This document shows positions 27,852-38,171 of a DNA stretch of 64,000 nucleotides, one piece after another. This DNA comes from Halobacteriovoraceae bacterium (GTDB lineage Bacteria; Bdellovibrionota; Bacteriovoracia; Bacteriovoracales; Bacteriovoracaceae). The translations under genes were made by a program, and so were the position numbers. Every line of letters begins with the position of its first letter. The first letter of the stretch is position 1. The DNA lies in NCBI GenBank assembly GCA_963719505.1, contig CAVRCF010000001.1, forward strand, positions 32,001-96,000. Reading direction: 5' to 3'. A model generated the notes under the pieces. The model was not told the DNA's origin. It worked only from the letters and a program-made list of their open reading frames with translations, and did no database searches.

Positions 27852-28607
27852 ATGAAGTCAGTTTCAACTTTTATAATTTTGTGTTTGTTTTCTTTTACGG
27901 TTCTTGCTCAACCCTATACTCGAGTAAATTCTAGTGTAGATACTATCTTGAAAAAATATGACTACCTTTTAACAAGTCATCCACAAGCCCATGAAAGTGA
28001 ATTTAAGGCAAAAACTCTCAAAGATTTTACCATAGAGCTGAAGGCATCTTTAGAGAACAGTTCAAAAGAGGACGTCCTTAAAAACTTTGAATCAATTTTA
28101 AACAAAATTCCTCAACAAGAAAAAAGAGAAGCCTATCTTAAAATGATTAAGAATTCTTCAAAAGATGAACTGGCAGCCTTTTTATCTAATCCACAATTAC
28201 TATCTGACTCTCTTCGAGGCGAAGGATCAAACTTTGCTATGATCACTGGAGAGCCGGTTGTTGATGTCATCCTATATGTTGTGGGAGCAGTAATACTTTA
28301 TGCCATTATAGAAAGTATTGTTTTGGCGATTAAATATGAAGATTTTAAAAGCTACCAAACTTATCTAGGATTTGTTGGTATTTGTGATCAGGCCACATTA
28401 AATGCGCAAACGAACTCAACTGAGCGTGAGGCGATGAAAAATGATGCTGCAGCCAAGTGTGATGCAAATGCGAGAAGACCCATTACTTGTGAGTTTTCTG
28501 GGTGGAGCTACTCATTCTCTCAGGGTTCTACCTTCGATCAAGTGGATGAGTATACCAGAGGCGATTGTTACGTAAAAGCGACCTACAGAGCAAAGAAAAG
28601 ATACTAG
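27852..28607 (+). CDS. Hypothetical secreted/membrane protein
   Basis: Signal peptide, central TM, Cys-containing C-terminus. Confidence 0.65.
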   Translation: MKSVSTFIILCLFSFTVLAQPYTRVNSSVDTILKKYDYLLTSHPQAHESEFKAKTLKDFTIELKASLENSSKEDVLKNFESILNKIPQQEKREAYLKMIKNSSKDELAAFLSNPQLLSDSLRGEGSNFAMITGEPVVDVILYVVGAVILYAIIESIVLAIKYEDFKSYQTYLGFVGICDQATLNAQTNSTEREAMKNDAAAKCDANARRPITCEFSGWSYSFSQGSTFDQVDEYTRGDCYVKATYRAKKRY

Positions 28608-28650
28608 TTCGTCGAAGCTAATAATTATTAGTCATCAACGTAAATTTGAT

Positions 28651-28665
28651 ATAGTTTAAAACTAT
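28651..28665. promoter_or_regulatory. LysR-type box ATAG-N7-CTAT abutting the lysR start
   Basis: ATAGTTTAAAACTAT directly before ATG 28666. Confidence 0.65.
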
Positions 28666-29553
28666 ATGAAACTGACAGATCACCTTGAGAAATTAAAATA
28701 CTTCTATGAAGTTGCTAGTACAGGCTCCCTAAAAGGGGCCTCCAAAGTTGTTCATATTTCTCAACCCTCTTTGACAAAATCGATTAAAATTCTTGAGGAT
28801 GTTGTTGGGAGTAATCTTTTTGTCAGACTACCAAGAGGAATGAAGCTTACTCAAGAAGGTGAAGTTCTCTACCTTTACTGCCAGAACCTTTTTTCTTCAA
28901 TTACTGATATCGAACAAAAACTCGCTCACCCCAATGACTCACTTGCCGGCTCCCTTAGAATCGGAACCTATGACTCTATTGGTATTTATTTTTGGCCTAA
29001 GTTTTTACAAAAATTTCTTCTTAAATATGACAAGCTAGACATACAACTTCTCACTGGAAGAAGTGCAGAAATTCAAGACAAGCTCGATGCCGGTCAGATT
29101 GATATTGCTCTTATCGTGAACCCAAAAAAATCCCCCGGTATTGAAGTCGATATTTTAAATAACGACGCCTTCAAGCTGTATGAAAGTTGCTCGGATAAAG
29201 TTTATAAAAAAGGTAGTGAGGCTCCTATTATAGCGATGCCTACAGCGTCAGTTGGGACAGAAACGATCCGAGATATTTTAAATGGAATCGGATTTGGCGA
29301 AAGAAAAATCTATACAACTTCTACACTGGAGTCAGTAAAAGAGTTAACTCTTCATGGCATCGGTATGGGTCTTCTACCTGAGATGGTCGCCAAGTCCCCC
29401 TTATCTTCTAAAAAGATAAGAGAAGTAAAGCACAAGGGGCTTCCTAAAGAAGGAATTGGCCCCCATGCCATTGGCATTGCCTATCATTCAAATAGACGAA
29501 ATTCAAAGATCATCGAAGTATTAATTAAAGAAATAAAAAATCATAAACTTTAG
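28666..29553 (+). CDS. LysR-family transcriptional regulator
   Basis: GSLKGASKVVHISQPSLTKSIKILE...LF.R..RG..LT..G. Confidence 0.95.
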   Translation: MKLTDHLEKLKYFYEVASTGSLKGASKVVHISQPSLTKSIKILEDVVGSNLFVRLPRGMKLTQEGEVLYLYCQNLFSSITDIEQKLAHPNDSLAGSLRIGTYDSIGIYFWPKFLQKFLLKYDKLDIQLLTGRSAEIQDKLDAGQIDIALIVNPKKSPGIEVDILNNDAFKLYESCSDKVYKKGSEAPIIAMPTASVGTETIRDILNGIGFGERKIYTTSTLESVKELTLHGIGMGLLPEMVAKSPLSSKKIREVKHKGLPKEGIGPHAIGIAYHSNRRNSKIIEVLIKEIKNHKL

Positions 29554-30158
29554 TAGACATCACTTATCTCCTCAAGCTTCTTACGCATAATATTTGGGAG
29601 TTCATAATTGGGATTCTTACGACCAAGGGCCAAAATAAGAAAAGGCCTCTCATTTTTAGGTCGCCCAAGTGTCGCATTCAAAAACCGCATAGGAGACGGA
29701 GTGTGAGTCAAACTTGATATTCCGAGTCTATGTAGTGCTGTAATAAGAATTCCCGTCGCTATTCCCACTGACTCTTTTGAATAATAGCACTTGCTATTTG
29801 TCTCACTTTCAATTGTTTTTGAGAAAATAACAATAAGAGCAGAAGCCTCTTCCAGATGAGGTTTCTCCCAGTTTGTTTTTAAATGTTTTAAATCCTCTAG
29901 CCAGCTTTTGTTTTGTCGCCTGTGATAGAAATCAAATTCTTCTTTTTCAGCTTCAATTCTTATCTTCTTTTTCATCTCACTACTTCTAATGATGGCGAAA
30001 TACCACGGCTGTTTATTGGCCCCACTTGGAGCCGTTCCAGCAGCCCGAATACAGTGTTGGATAACCTCTAAAGGAATTTCTTCATCGGTGAATCTGCGAA
30101 CAGTCCTTCGCTCATTCATTAGGTTGTAAAAATTTTGGGCGCTTCTCTTTAAATCCAT
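29550..30158 (-). CDS. Iodotyrosine deiodinase-like nitroreductase
   Basis: RRTVRRF, TAPSGANKQPW, AEKEE..FY, TNWEKPHL, ESVGIA, LTHTPSPM: IYD-subgroup signature. Confidence 0.8.
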   Translation of the reverse strand: MDLKRSAQNFYNLMNERRTVRRFTDEEIPLEVIQHCIRAAGTAPSGANKQPWYFAIIRSSEMKKKIRIEAEKEEFDFYHRRQNKSWLEDLKHLKTNWEKPHLEEASALIVIFSKTIESETNSKCYYSKESVGIATGILITALHRLGISSLTHTPSPMRFLNATLGRPKNERPFLILALGRKNPNYELPNIMRKKLEEISDVY

Positions 30159-30166
30159 GTTTTTCC

Positions 30167-31285
30167 TCAGTGATATAAATGCATCGTAAGAAATGATCGG
30201 TGCTCGGGATTTCCAGGTTTACTAACAAAACTTCGTCTTTGATACTCGACTTGAAACTCTATATGAGGAAGAGGAAGCAGTTGGAATCCAAGACCTGGGG
30301 AGGTGATCATTGTACTACTCTCTTTAAGGTTACTTTGAGAGTGTTCAAAAATAAAATAGCCTAAGCCACCTTTGAATACCTTGTACCCAAATTGATGATC
30401 CCCATAAATCGCATCAACTTGGCTTTCGTATTCGTCATTACTGTTAAGTAGACTCTTTTGTTCATAATCGATCTCCGATCTCCCTATCCAATTCTGCCCT
30501 AGCGGAATTAGAGCATTTAGGCCATAGATCGCTCTTCTATACTGGTCGGACTTTCCAGTTAATAAACTCGCTCCAACTCTAGAAGAGCCTCCCATATAAT
30601 GGGTGTAGTTGAAGGCAAAATTTCTCTTTGAATCGTCCTCATCCTTTTCTTCAAAGAAGTCTCCCAGACTCACTGAAGTATTAAACTCGCCCCAATCAAA
30701 GTACTGAGAAAATTCAAAATTATAGGTTTCTGAGTTAGAGCCAAACCCTAGGCTTGTTTTAACAAACCTTGTATGATTTGGGTGATTAATTCCAAAGTGT
30801 TGACGAAACTTACCAACTCGAACTCTGGTATTTTCAGAACTCTCCCACAACACATAATGGCGCTCACTTAAAAACTCTCCCTTCTCCTGTGTCTCATCTG
30901 GCCCCTCTTTTGTTCCTACTGTCCCGACTAAGAAAGACTGCATGTACTTCACTGCAAATTCTAAGTTATTTTGCATCACAAATTGTTTTTCTACCTTTAC
31001 TTGGTCATTTTCGGCCTGAAATTGAATCACTCTCAACTGACCACCATATTTTATATTCTCACTATTTTTTACCGCTCCGTAGTAAGGATTCTCCATTCCC
31101 TCATAACCTTTCCAGGTACTCATCAACTCAGATGATAAACCACGTCCGTAGTCAGTTAAAATTCCCCCTCCATTTGGAGAGATATGACAAGCCATACAAT
31201 TTGGATAGCCTTTGGTCGTGTTCTCAACGAATGAATAACTGAGATGAGAAATGAATAAAAAAACGATGATCAATTGAGCTTTCAT
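30167..31285 (-). CDS. Outer-membrane beta-barrel with N-terminal CxxCH heme motif
   Basis: Signal peptide, GYPNCMACHISPNGGGILTDYGR, then porin-like amphipathic strands. Confidence 0.7.
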   Translation of the reverse strand: MKAQLIIVFLFISHLSYSFVENTTKGYPNCMACHISPNGGGILTDYGRGLSSELMSTWKGYEGMENPYYGAVKNSENIKYGGQLRVIQFQAENDQVKVEKQFVMQNNLEFAVKYMQSFLVGTVGTKEGPDETQEKGEFLSERHYVLWESSENTRVRVGKFRQHFGINHPNHTRFVKTSLGFGSNSETYNFEFSQYFDWGEFNTSVSLGDFFEEKDEDDSKRNFAFNYTHYMGGSSRVGASLLTGKSDQYRRAIYGLNALIPLGQNWIGRSEIDYEQKSLLNSNDEYESQVDAIYGDHQFGYKVFKGGLGYFIFEHSQSNLKESSTMITSPGLGFQLLPLPHIEFQVEYQRRSFVSKPGNPEHRSFLTMHLYH

Positions 31286-31818
31286 TAATTGTCTTTAAAC
31301 TGCGTTTTGACATTTAGTTTTACTTTATTTGCTGCCGTTACTCCTTGGAATGAAGGCAGCTCAATACCAAAATCACTAAGCTGTATCTCGAAGCTATTTT
31401 CCATTGATATCTGAGATGAATCTCTAGAAATTCTTGTTTCTAGATCTATTTCTTTTTTTTGGCCGTGCAACTCTAAAACGGCCTTAAGAATTTGTCTTTC
31501 ATCTGTGGGCGAGATCTTTTGTTTGGAGATTGTTAATTTTGCCAAAGGATATTTTTGAGTCTCTAAATATTTACCTTTTAAATGCTCATCTCTTAAATCG
31601 ATACCAGAGTTTAATTTATCCAATTTTACGATGGCACTACCTTCAATAAAGTCTTCTCCAATATTAAATGTTGAATCTCCTAATGGAACTTCTCCACTGG
31701 CCTTAATAAAAGATGGACGCCCAGTTGCCGTAAATTTTATATCGGACTTTGTGATCGCTAAACTAGCAAAGGCACTTGAACTTAAGGCCAAAAGTATTAT
31801 TAAACTTATATTTTTCAT
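31285..31818 (-). CDS. yceI: YceI-family lipid/ligand-binding periplasmic protein
   Basis: LNSGIDLRDEHL..YLE...YP, L.LHG, L.DFGI..P. Confidence 0.88.
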   Translation of the reverse strand: MKNISLIILLALSSSAFASLAITKSDIKFTATGRPSFIKASGEVPLGDSTFNIGEDFIEGSAIVKLDKLNSGIDLRDEHLKGKYLETQKYPLAKLTISKQKISPTDERQILKAVLELHGQKKEIDLETRISRDSSQISMENSFEIQLSDFGIELPSFQGVTAANKVKLNVKTQFKDN

Positions 31819-32471
31819 CTTATTTCCCCTTCAGGTAAACCTTTTTCTATCCATTCTAAGACAGTCTTTATTTCTTCTTCATTTAGGCGTTCTATATTGG
31901 ACCATACCGGTGGCATAGGCTCCGTAGGATCTGTAAGAACTTCCATCAAGTAACTGTTTTCAACATCTTCAAAGTTATTTAATAAATAATCTCTTTGTTC
32001 AAAAAACTTCTGCCTTGTACTCAAATCTAAAAAGCTTGCTTGTCCATTTGGATTATGGCATTGCACGCATTTTGGAAAAAAGACTTTCTTAGACAGGGAG
32101 TTCCATGTCGGTTCCAATTTCGTGCTCGGCCTAGGATCCACACCAGTTCCAAGAGGAGCTCCACTATCCACCCATGTTTTGAGCAAAGATTTCTTGTAGT
32201 CATCTAAAGCGGAGGCATTCTTTGGCATTCTATCTTGTAAGACAGCTGTTAAAATTTTATCTTTCTCATTCAAAACAGCTTCGTAATCACTGTATCCAGC
32301 ATGACACTGGATACAGCTAGGTTTTAGTATTTCGTCGCTTATATTTTTGAAAGATAATTCTTCTAGGGTAAACACCCCACCAAATTTTGATGTAGGATTT
32401 TCTTTTAATTCTACTGAGCTTCCACATGAGCTTATGAGACAGAGGCATAATAAAGTTAATAGAATTTTCAT
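31815..32471 (-). CDS. Diheme cytochrome c lipoprotein
   Basis: LISSC lipobox; CIQCH...RMP and CVQCH...PMPP. Confidence 0.8.
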   Translation of the reverse strand: MKILLTLLCLCLISSCGSSVELKENPTSKFGGVFTLEELSFKNISDEILKPSCIQCHAGYSDYEAVLNEKDKILTAVLQDRMPKNASALDDYKKSLLKTWVDSGAPLGTGVDPRPSTKLEPTWNSLSKKVFFPKCVQCHNPNGQASFLDLSTRQKFFEQRDYLLNNFEDVENSYLMEVLTDPTEPMPPVWSNIERLNEEEIKTVLEWIEKGLPEGEIR

Positions 32472-32494
32472 AGAAGTCTCCACCATCGAGTCAG

Positions 32495-32989
32495 TTAAAG
32501 TCTTGGTTCTTCACCAGAGATGCGTTTCCAATTAGCGTCAGCTTTAGCAGCATTGCCTGCAATGTCACGATCGAAGTAATTCTTTGCTCTAGAGTTAACG
32601 AAGAAGTAGGACCTATTGCCTACGACAGTGAAAAGTTCTGTGTTGATGTGAACTTTTTGACCCACGACCATAGCTCTGGCACACCACCCACCATAGGTCG
32701 GTTCAAATTTTTCAGGCTGACTTAAAAAAAGCTTCATATTTTGTGCATTGGCGAAAAAATACTCCACTCCTTGTGTCGTGACAGCAAATTCTTTCTTTCC
32801 AACTAGTGCTATCCCTCCACCATCAGTAAAAACCGAAACGGGATCAAAAGCTTGAGCATTTGAAGCATTCCCATTGACAAGTCCAACTCCGACCGAGTTT
32901 AAGTTATACTCTGAGATGTTTCTTCCTTCTTGTGCACTAACCGTAAGTGTTAAGAGAGAGAGAACCGCCATTAAAAACCAATTTTTCAT
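32495..32989 (-). CDS. Secreted YHS-domain protein
   Basis: FDPVSVF, YFFAN..N..LF...PEKFEPTYGGWCA. Confidence 0.85.
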   Translation of the reverse strand: MKNWFLMAVLSLLTLTVSAQEGRNISEYNLNSVGVGLVNGNASNAQAFDPVSVFTDGGGIALVGKKEFAVTTQGVEYFFANAQNMKLFLSQPEKFEPTYGGWCARAMVVGQKVHINTELFTVVGNRSYFFVNSRAKNYFDRDIAGNAAKADANWKRISGEEPRL

Positions 32990-33081
32990 AATTCCTCTTT
33001 TGTTTTTCCAGATTCATTTCTGTCTGCAACTAAGTTAACAAAAAGAATGGTATAAAAATAATTGATTAATCGAATATATCC

Positions 33082-33096
33082 ATAGCTAAAAGCTAT
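33082..33096. promoter_or_regulatory. LysR-type box ATAG-N7-CTAT upstream of the YHS operon
   Basis: ATAGCTAAAAGCTAT about 95 bp upstream of start 32989. Confidence 0.65.
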
Positions 33097-33163
33097 AGCG
33101 TGATTTATTTGGAATATTTGAAGTGATGGTGAGTCCTAAGATAACAGTTCTAGTGCGAGGGGT

Positions 33164-33598
33164 TTATTTTCTCCCCCAAAAAGGTGCACCAAAAGTAGAG
33201 AGCACAAAGATAGAGAGCATAAGATAATTAAAGGGAAGTATAACTTCATCCAATAAAGTTTTAAGATTAGGACTTTCGTATACTTTATAAAACCTAAAAA
33301 TAATGACGATAAGAAGAAAGACATCCAGTATTTTGGGTGCTTTTTTAATATTTTTTAATAAGACCAAAAGTATATTTTTTTCCTTAAAAAGCTCTGGGAA
33401 ATATTTTGAGTTCACAAATATTGAAACGGGTAATGAGATGAGTAAATATAAAAGGTTAATGGATATTAAAAGTTTATAGTTATCATCTTTATCGATGAGT
33501 TCTTTAACGATGAGTTCAAATAGAAAACAGGCGTTCAAAAAAATTAGACTTAAAAAATGTAGGATAAATATATTTTTATATTTTTTTATAAAATTCAT
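33164..33598 (-). CDS. Hypothetical membrane protein (very AT-rich)
   Basis: 4 TM; starts 2 bp after the upstream gene stop. Confidence 0.55.
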   Translation of the reverse strand: MNFIKKYKNIFILHFLSLIFLNACFLFELIVKELIDKDDNYKLLISINLLYLLISLPVSIFVNSKYFPELFKEKNILLVLLKNIKKAPKILDVFLLIVIIFRFYKVYESPNLKTLLDEVILPFNYLMLSIFVLSTFGAPFWGRK

Positions 33599-33600
33599 AG

Positions 33601-35244
33601 TTACATCCTATCCTCTTCAAATATTATTATGGGCATATCGCGTGATTCATACGTTCTTCTATTATTTAATTGTAAACCCGCCAGGGAGTTTGCATTTCGA
33701 CTACCAGTCTGCGCCTCTAGATAGTCTCCCTGAGCATCTGAACATCTCGCATAAACTGATGGTCTTCCAGGGTTAACCTCCATGCTCATTTTGATAGACA
33801 TTTTAGCCTTTGATAATCTCTCTATAGTGTATTTATCCATTCCTACTTCTTCAAGTGCTCTTGGGTCAACTTTAGATAAAGATCCTCTTTTTATCGTCTC
33901 TTTTTCATCTTCCTCATCTTCAACTTCGTCTTCTGTAAAATCTACTTCCTCAACCTCTGGCTCGGGTTTTGGTTCATCCTTAGGTTCCTTTTTTGGTGGC
34001 TCTGGATCAGTATTAGTATTCTCATATGTGGGTTGGGAAGCATTATTTCTAGTAGCTGTTTCCACACCATCCAAAACTTGATCTATGCCTTTATCCTTTA
34101 GGTCTATTAACTCCTTCGAGAAAAAGCCCATGGCAAACCCAGCAATAAAAGCTGATCTACTACCACCTAATCCTCTTCCCACAAAGGCAGCAGCTGTCGC
34201 CCCAGTGTTAATTCTTCCAACCAAATCAATTCCAGCTTTAACCATTCTTTTATTCACAACTCCTCGGTCTAAATCCCCCATAGGACCTATTGATGGACCA
34301 AAATCTCCACCACCATATGCTGTAGACATATCTCCAACAAACTCATTCATTCTGGAGTCTTCATGGTTACTCATAAGCGCATCATATTGATGAGATCCTC
34401 TATCAAAAGAGGATTCAATTCTGCCTCTTAAACGAGCAAGGGGTGCGTGATATCCGAGACGGGAAACTTCAGATAAATAATCTCTTGTTTCTCTCCTTGA
34501 AACATCGCTTGAAGACTCAAAGTGATCACTATAATGACCTTCCCTCCCCAGGGGTCCTTCCATTTCCAAGTTTTCTGTATTGAAGTGTTCAAATGAATTA
34601 AATATTTCTTGGTAAGCGATCTCATCGTTCATAAAAAGTGCAGCTCTTGCAAGATCATCATAAACGGCCAACCCACAGCCATAGCTATTCTCGCAAGCTT
34701 CAAGTCTTGAATCTAAGTCTAACCGCTCTAATGAAAGAGAGTTGTAGAGCCTTTCAAGTTCTGTTTTACCTTCTGGTTTTATCTCAAGTCGCAATACTCC
34801 TAAAAGATCTCGATCGATTTCAACGTCGTCTCTTTCAAACTCAATTTCAGTAATATTAAAGTGATAAAGGTTCGCGACAAGCATATCTGAGAGGAAAGAT
34901 GCTAAATGAATCTTATAAATCTCTGCCTTTTTATCTAAAGCTATTTCATCAACATAGAGATCAACATTTCTAACAAGGTTAAAAATCTTCGCACTATTTT
35001 CAACCCTCTCTAACAAAAAGTGTTGTTTGGCTACTTGCTCTTTAACCAAAGGATTAATTCCATAGTAATGAATTGAAAATTCCTTGAGTGCAATAAAGTA
35101 CCGAGAAGTAATGTCACTGGTCGATTGAAGGCTAAAAACATTTTGAATAAGCTTTTTATCAAATGGTTTCAGCAAAGAGCCATCAGAGCCAAAGCTAGAG
35201 AGAATAAAGGAAAAAAATAGAATGAAAATAAATTGTTTCTTCAT
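33601..35244 (-). CDS. Secreted hypothetical protein with Gly-rich hydrophobic hairpin and acidic/Pro linker
   Basis: Signal peptide; TGATAAAFVGRGLGG..AFIAGFAMG; EPKPEPEVEE...DEEDE. Confidence 0.7.
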   Translation of the reverse strand: MKKQFIFILFFSFILSSFGSDGSLLKPFDKKLIQNVFSLQSTSDITSRYFIALKEFSIHYYGINPLVKEQVAKQHFLLERVENSAKIFNLVRNVDLYVDEIALDKKAEIYKIHLASFLSDMLVANLYHFNITEIEFERDDVEIDRDLLGVLRLEIKPEGKTELERLYNSLSLERLDLDSRLEACENSYGCGLAVYDDLARAALFMNDEIAYQEIFNSFEHFNTENLEMEGPLGREGHYSDHFESSSDVSRRETRDYLSEVSRLGYHAPLARLRGRIESSFDRGSHQYDALMSNHEDSRMNEFVGDMSTAYGGGDFGPSIGPMGDLDRGVVNKRMVKAGIDLVGRINTGATAAAFVGRGLGGSRSAFIAGFAMGFFSKELIDLKDKGIDQVLDGVETATRNNASQPTYENTNTDPEPPKKEPKDEPKPEPEVEEVDFTEDEVEDEEDEKETIKRGSLSKVDPRALEEVGMDKYTIERLSKAKMSIKMSMEVNPGRPSVYARCSDAQGDYLEAQTGSRNANSLAGLQLNNRRTYESRDMPIIIFEEDRM

Positions 35245-35510
35245 AAAGTGACTCCGGTTGATATTTTATTTTTAATGAAGCAAGTCTAAAGCCAATAAAA
35301 TCTAGTTCTAAGTGGTTGATTTTTTTGATAATTAGAGACGAGTATTATTCTGATTTCGGAATATGGCATTCTTATTTGGAAATAAACTTCCTCAAATGAA
35401 TAGAGCGTTTTGATGGCTTCCAAATAACCCGACCAAAGATGTCTGGTAATTGCACATAGATTCCCCAACTGCTAGCCTTGATTGGTTAAAAACTATTCTT
35501 TGGAGAATTT

Positions 35511-36947
35511 ATGATTAAGCTGCTTGTAGCACTTATACTTATTGCTAACACTGCGTTGGCAAACAATATCGACCAGGTAAGACAATTATCAAATGTTCTT
35601 ATCTCTTACACACCTCAATTTCATTCAAGTTTAAAGAAGAGCATCGACAGTGAAATCCCCCTTCATGGTCGTCAGTTAAGACTTATGCATGAGGTTGTCT
35701 CTCACTTTCTAGATATCGATAATAAGATAAAAAAAATGATTGAGCTTGAAACTTCAAAAACCACGAAAACTCTTTTAGCTCTAGATAGATATCAAAGTTT
35801 TCTTATAAACTTCGAGCCTTTTTATTCAACAACTAAATTTAGAAGATATATAAATGATGAAGATCTCTCTTTTAAAATTCAAAAGAATGAACTCCATAAG
35901 CGCTTGATGGAACTTCTAGATCAAGCCTATGCTAAAAAAATTGCTCTTGATATTGATTCAATCTCAAACACTGATAGCAATGACACTTATACAATTGAAG
36001 TCCTCACTCACCCAGCTTTGAGCTTTGTGAAGAACTCAAAGAAGATTGATGCTCTAAACGTCCTCTATAAAAAGTATGCTAAATCAGATCTTAGAAATGA
36101 TCGACTGGTAGATCTTACAGATAGAGTTTCAGGAAGATTTGGAAATACAGCCGGCTCTATAAGATGGAGAAAAGGTCATCTTCTAAAGAATAAAAAAATT
36201 CACCAAGAGATTCTAGCAGAACTCAAGCCCCTTGATATCATCACTGAAAAAACATACTTCGCTCTCACTGATAAATTTATTCCAGGACATTTTGGTCACA
36301 ATGCGATCTGGCTTGGTACCAAAGAAGAACTCATCGGTTTAGGACTTTGGGATCACGAAGCAATTGTCCCTTTTCAAAAAGATATTGAAGCGGGTAAATC
36401 AATTTTAGAAGTTGATCGTTCAGGGACACATCTTAAAAGCCTAGAAGTCTTTATGAATATCGATGAATTTGCAATTTTGAGACTGAAAGAGATTAATTTT
36501 ACCACAGCGAGACTGGAAGAAATTTATACAGTTGCTCTTTCACAAATTGGAAAGATCTATGACTTTAACTTTGATGTTGAAACAACTGATAAACTTGTCT
36601 GCTCTGAGCTTCTCTACCAATCATTCACCAATATTCATTGGCCAACACAGTCTTATTTAACCAACACAAAACTAAAACGCACAACGATCTCTCCAGATAA
36701 TGTTGTCTCCTTGGCCCTTTATGATGACTCTCCGATAGCTCTTGTCTACTACGTCGCTCAAAGAAAAAGAAGACAATCTCCTATTTATAAGGACCTGGAT
36801 CAGCTGGCCAAAGACCTAGAATTTGAAAAGGTTAACGGGCTCTATAAAAGGGTTGTAAAGGTGTGTAAGGATACTTCAAATTGTGAGACGACTTTAGAAG
36901 ATCTTCCTTATTCGTCCCACCCTTATATTGAAGGCATTAGTTTATAG
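35511..36947 (+). CDS. Secreted permuted NlpC/P60 (YiiX/YebB-like) protein
   Basis: GHFGHNAIW...YDFNFD...LVCSEL. Confidence 0.8.
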   Translation: MIKLLVALILIANTALANNIDQVRQLSNVLISYTPQFHSSLKKSIDSEIPLHGRQLRLMHEVVSHFLDIDNKIKKMIELETSKTTKTLLALDRYQSFLINFEPFYSTTKFRRYINDEDLSFKIQKNELHKRLMELLDQAYAKKIALDIDSISNTDSNDTYTIEVLTHPALSFVKNSKKIDALNVLYKKYAKSDLRNDRLVDLTDRVSGRFGNTAGSIRWRKGHLLKNKKIHQEILAELKPLDIITEKTYFALTDKFIPGHFGHNAIWLGTKEELIGLGLWDHEAIVPFQKDIEAGKSILEVDRSGTHLKSLEVFMNIDEFAILRLKEINFTTARLEEIYTVALSQIGKIYDFNFDVETTDKLVCSELLYQSFTNIHWPTQSYLTNTKLKRTTISPDNVVSLALYDDSPIALVYYVAQRKRRQSPIYKDLDQLAKDLEFEKVNGLYKRVVKVCKDTSNCETTLEDLPYSSHPYIEGISL

Positions 36948-37142
36948 ATCTTCTAAAATTTCTTTGACTCTTCCGACATCCCCACTTTCAAGTCTTACCT
37001 TGATTCCATGGGGATGAAATGAAGACTTCGTTAAGATAACCCTAACGACGCCTTCGGTGAGGTTGCCACTTCTTTGATCTTCTTTTAGGACAATCCTAAC
37101 TGTCAGACCTTTTTGAATATTTACTCGTGTACATCCATCCAT
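36942..37142 (-). CDS. YwbE (DUF2196) family protein
   Basis: IVLKEDQRSGNLTEGVV..ILT.S.FHPHGIKVRL..G.VGRV. Confidence 0.9.
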   Translation of the reverse strand: MDGCTRVNIQKGLTVRIVLKEDQRSGNLTEGVVRVILTKSSFHPHGIKVRLESGDVGRVKEILEDL

Positions 37143-37147
37143 TGAAC

Positions 37148-38008
37148 TTACTGCATATCACCTGGGATTTCTGATGGATCAACATCTGCTTCAAACCAAG
37201 AGTCAATAAAGATTGTGTCCGAGTAGTCAATCAACTGCTCACCAAGATAAGCTCTGGTCAGACGTTGAGGTGTACCAAGAGCATTTTCAATAAAAAACGT
37301 ATTGACGGAGTATCCTCGAGCTTTTATCTCTCTTTCTTCAAAAGAGTCTGTTTCATTATTCCATCTATAAACATGATGGATATAATTATTACGATTTTTT
37401 GAGATCAATCTCATCGCCCAAACATCTCTAAACTTTAAAACAAAGATATCATACTCTTTTAAAGCCTGATCAAGCTGGGCTTGAGTAACATCTGAATAAT
37501 CAATATCACTTTGATAAACTTCTTCAATTTGAAAGCGTGGATCAGTGTTAATTTCTGAATTATTAAAGTCTTCAAGACACTTTGGGGTCTCAGTGATGAG
37601 ACGACGATTTTCTTTATAGGTTTTCAAGATAAATTCATCAAACTTATCACCGTCATCGTCAACTTGATCAACCTTAATTTTATAGACCGTTTTCACTGTA
37701 TCAACAGCATTCACGCAATCACCTGAGAAAGTATTTGTCTCCCAGTTGTATTCATTTTTGAGTTCAATCTCAGTTTCTCTATAAGTGTAGCCGACATTAT
37801 AGCTCTCACTACTTCTTGAACCTCGAGTATCTCTGCTCATGGATCTTAAATCACTTACCGATCTTACTCTTCGTTCATTGGTACAAAGAGACTTACTTGA
37901 ACACGGATCATTTTCATTTTCAATGGCTGGTTGAGAAGAACCTCCAGAACCTGATTTTCCGCACGAGTATAGGGCGAGTAAAGACACGAGTGTAACGATT
38001 ATTTTCAT
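37148..38008 (-). CDS. Hypothetical lipoprotein
   Basis: LYSC lipobox; AGGAG RBS before 38008. Confidence 0.7.
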   Translation of the reverse strand: MKIIVTLVSLLALYSCGKSGSGGSSQPAIENENDPCSSKSLCTNERRVRSVSDLRSMSRDTRGSRSSESYNVGYTYRETEIELKNEYNWETNTFSGDCVNAVDTVKTVYKIKVDQVDDDGDKFDEFILKTYKENRRLITETPKCLEDFNNSEINTDPRFQIEEVYQSDIDYSDVTQAQLDQALKEYDIFVLKFRDVWAMRLISKNRNNYIHHVYRWNNETDSFEEREIKARGYSVNTFFIENALGTPQRLTRAYLGEQLIDYSDTIFIDSWFEADVDPSEIPGDMQ

Positions 38009-38171
38009 ATGATCTCCTTGATGGAGCAACTTTCACACTTTGGACTCGACTTGTCAAAGACTCAAAAGCTCTTGAGACTCGACGCACACTGTAAAATCTA
38101 AAATTTTTATTTGATTTCTGCGTCTTTCAATGACAAAAATAAAGTTCAATTTTTTTTAAAAGGACTTCTCT

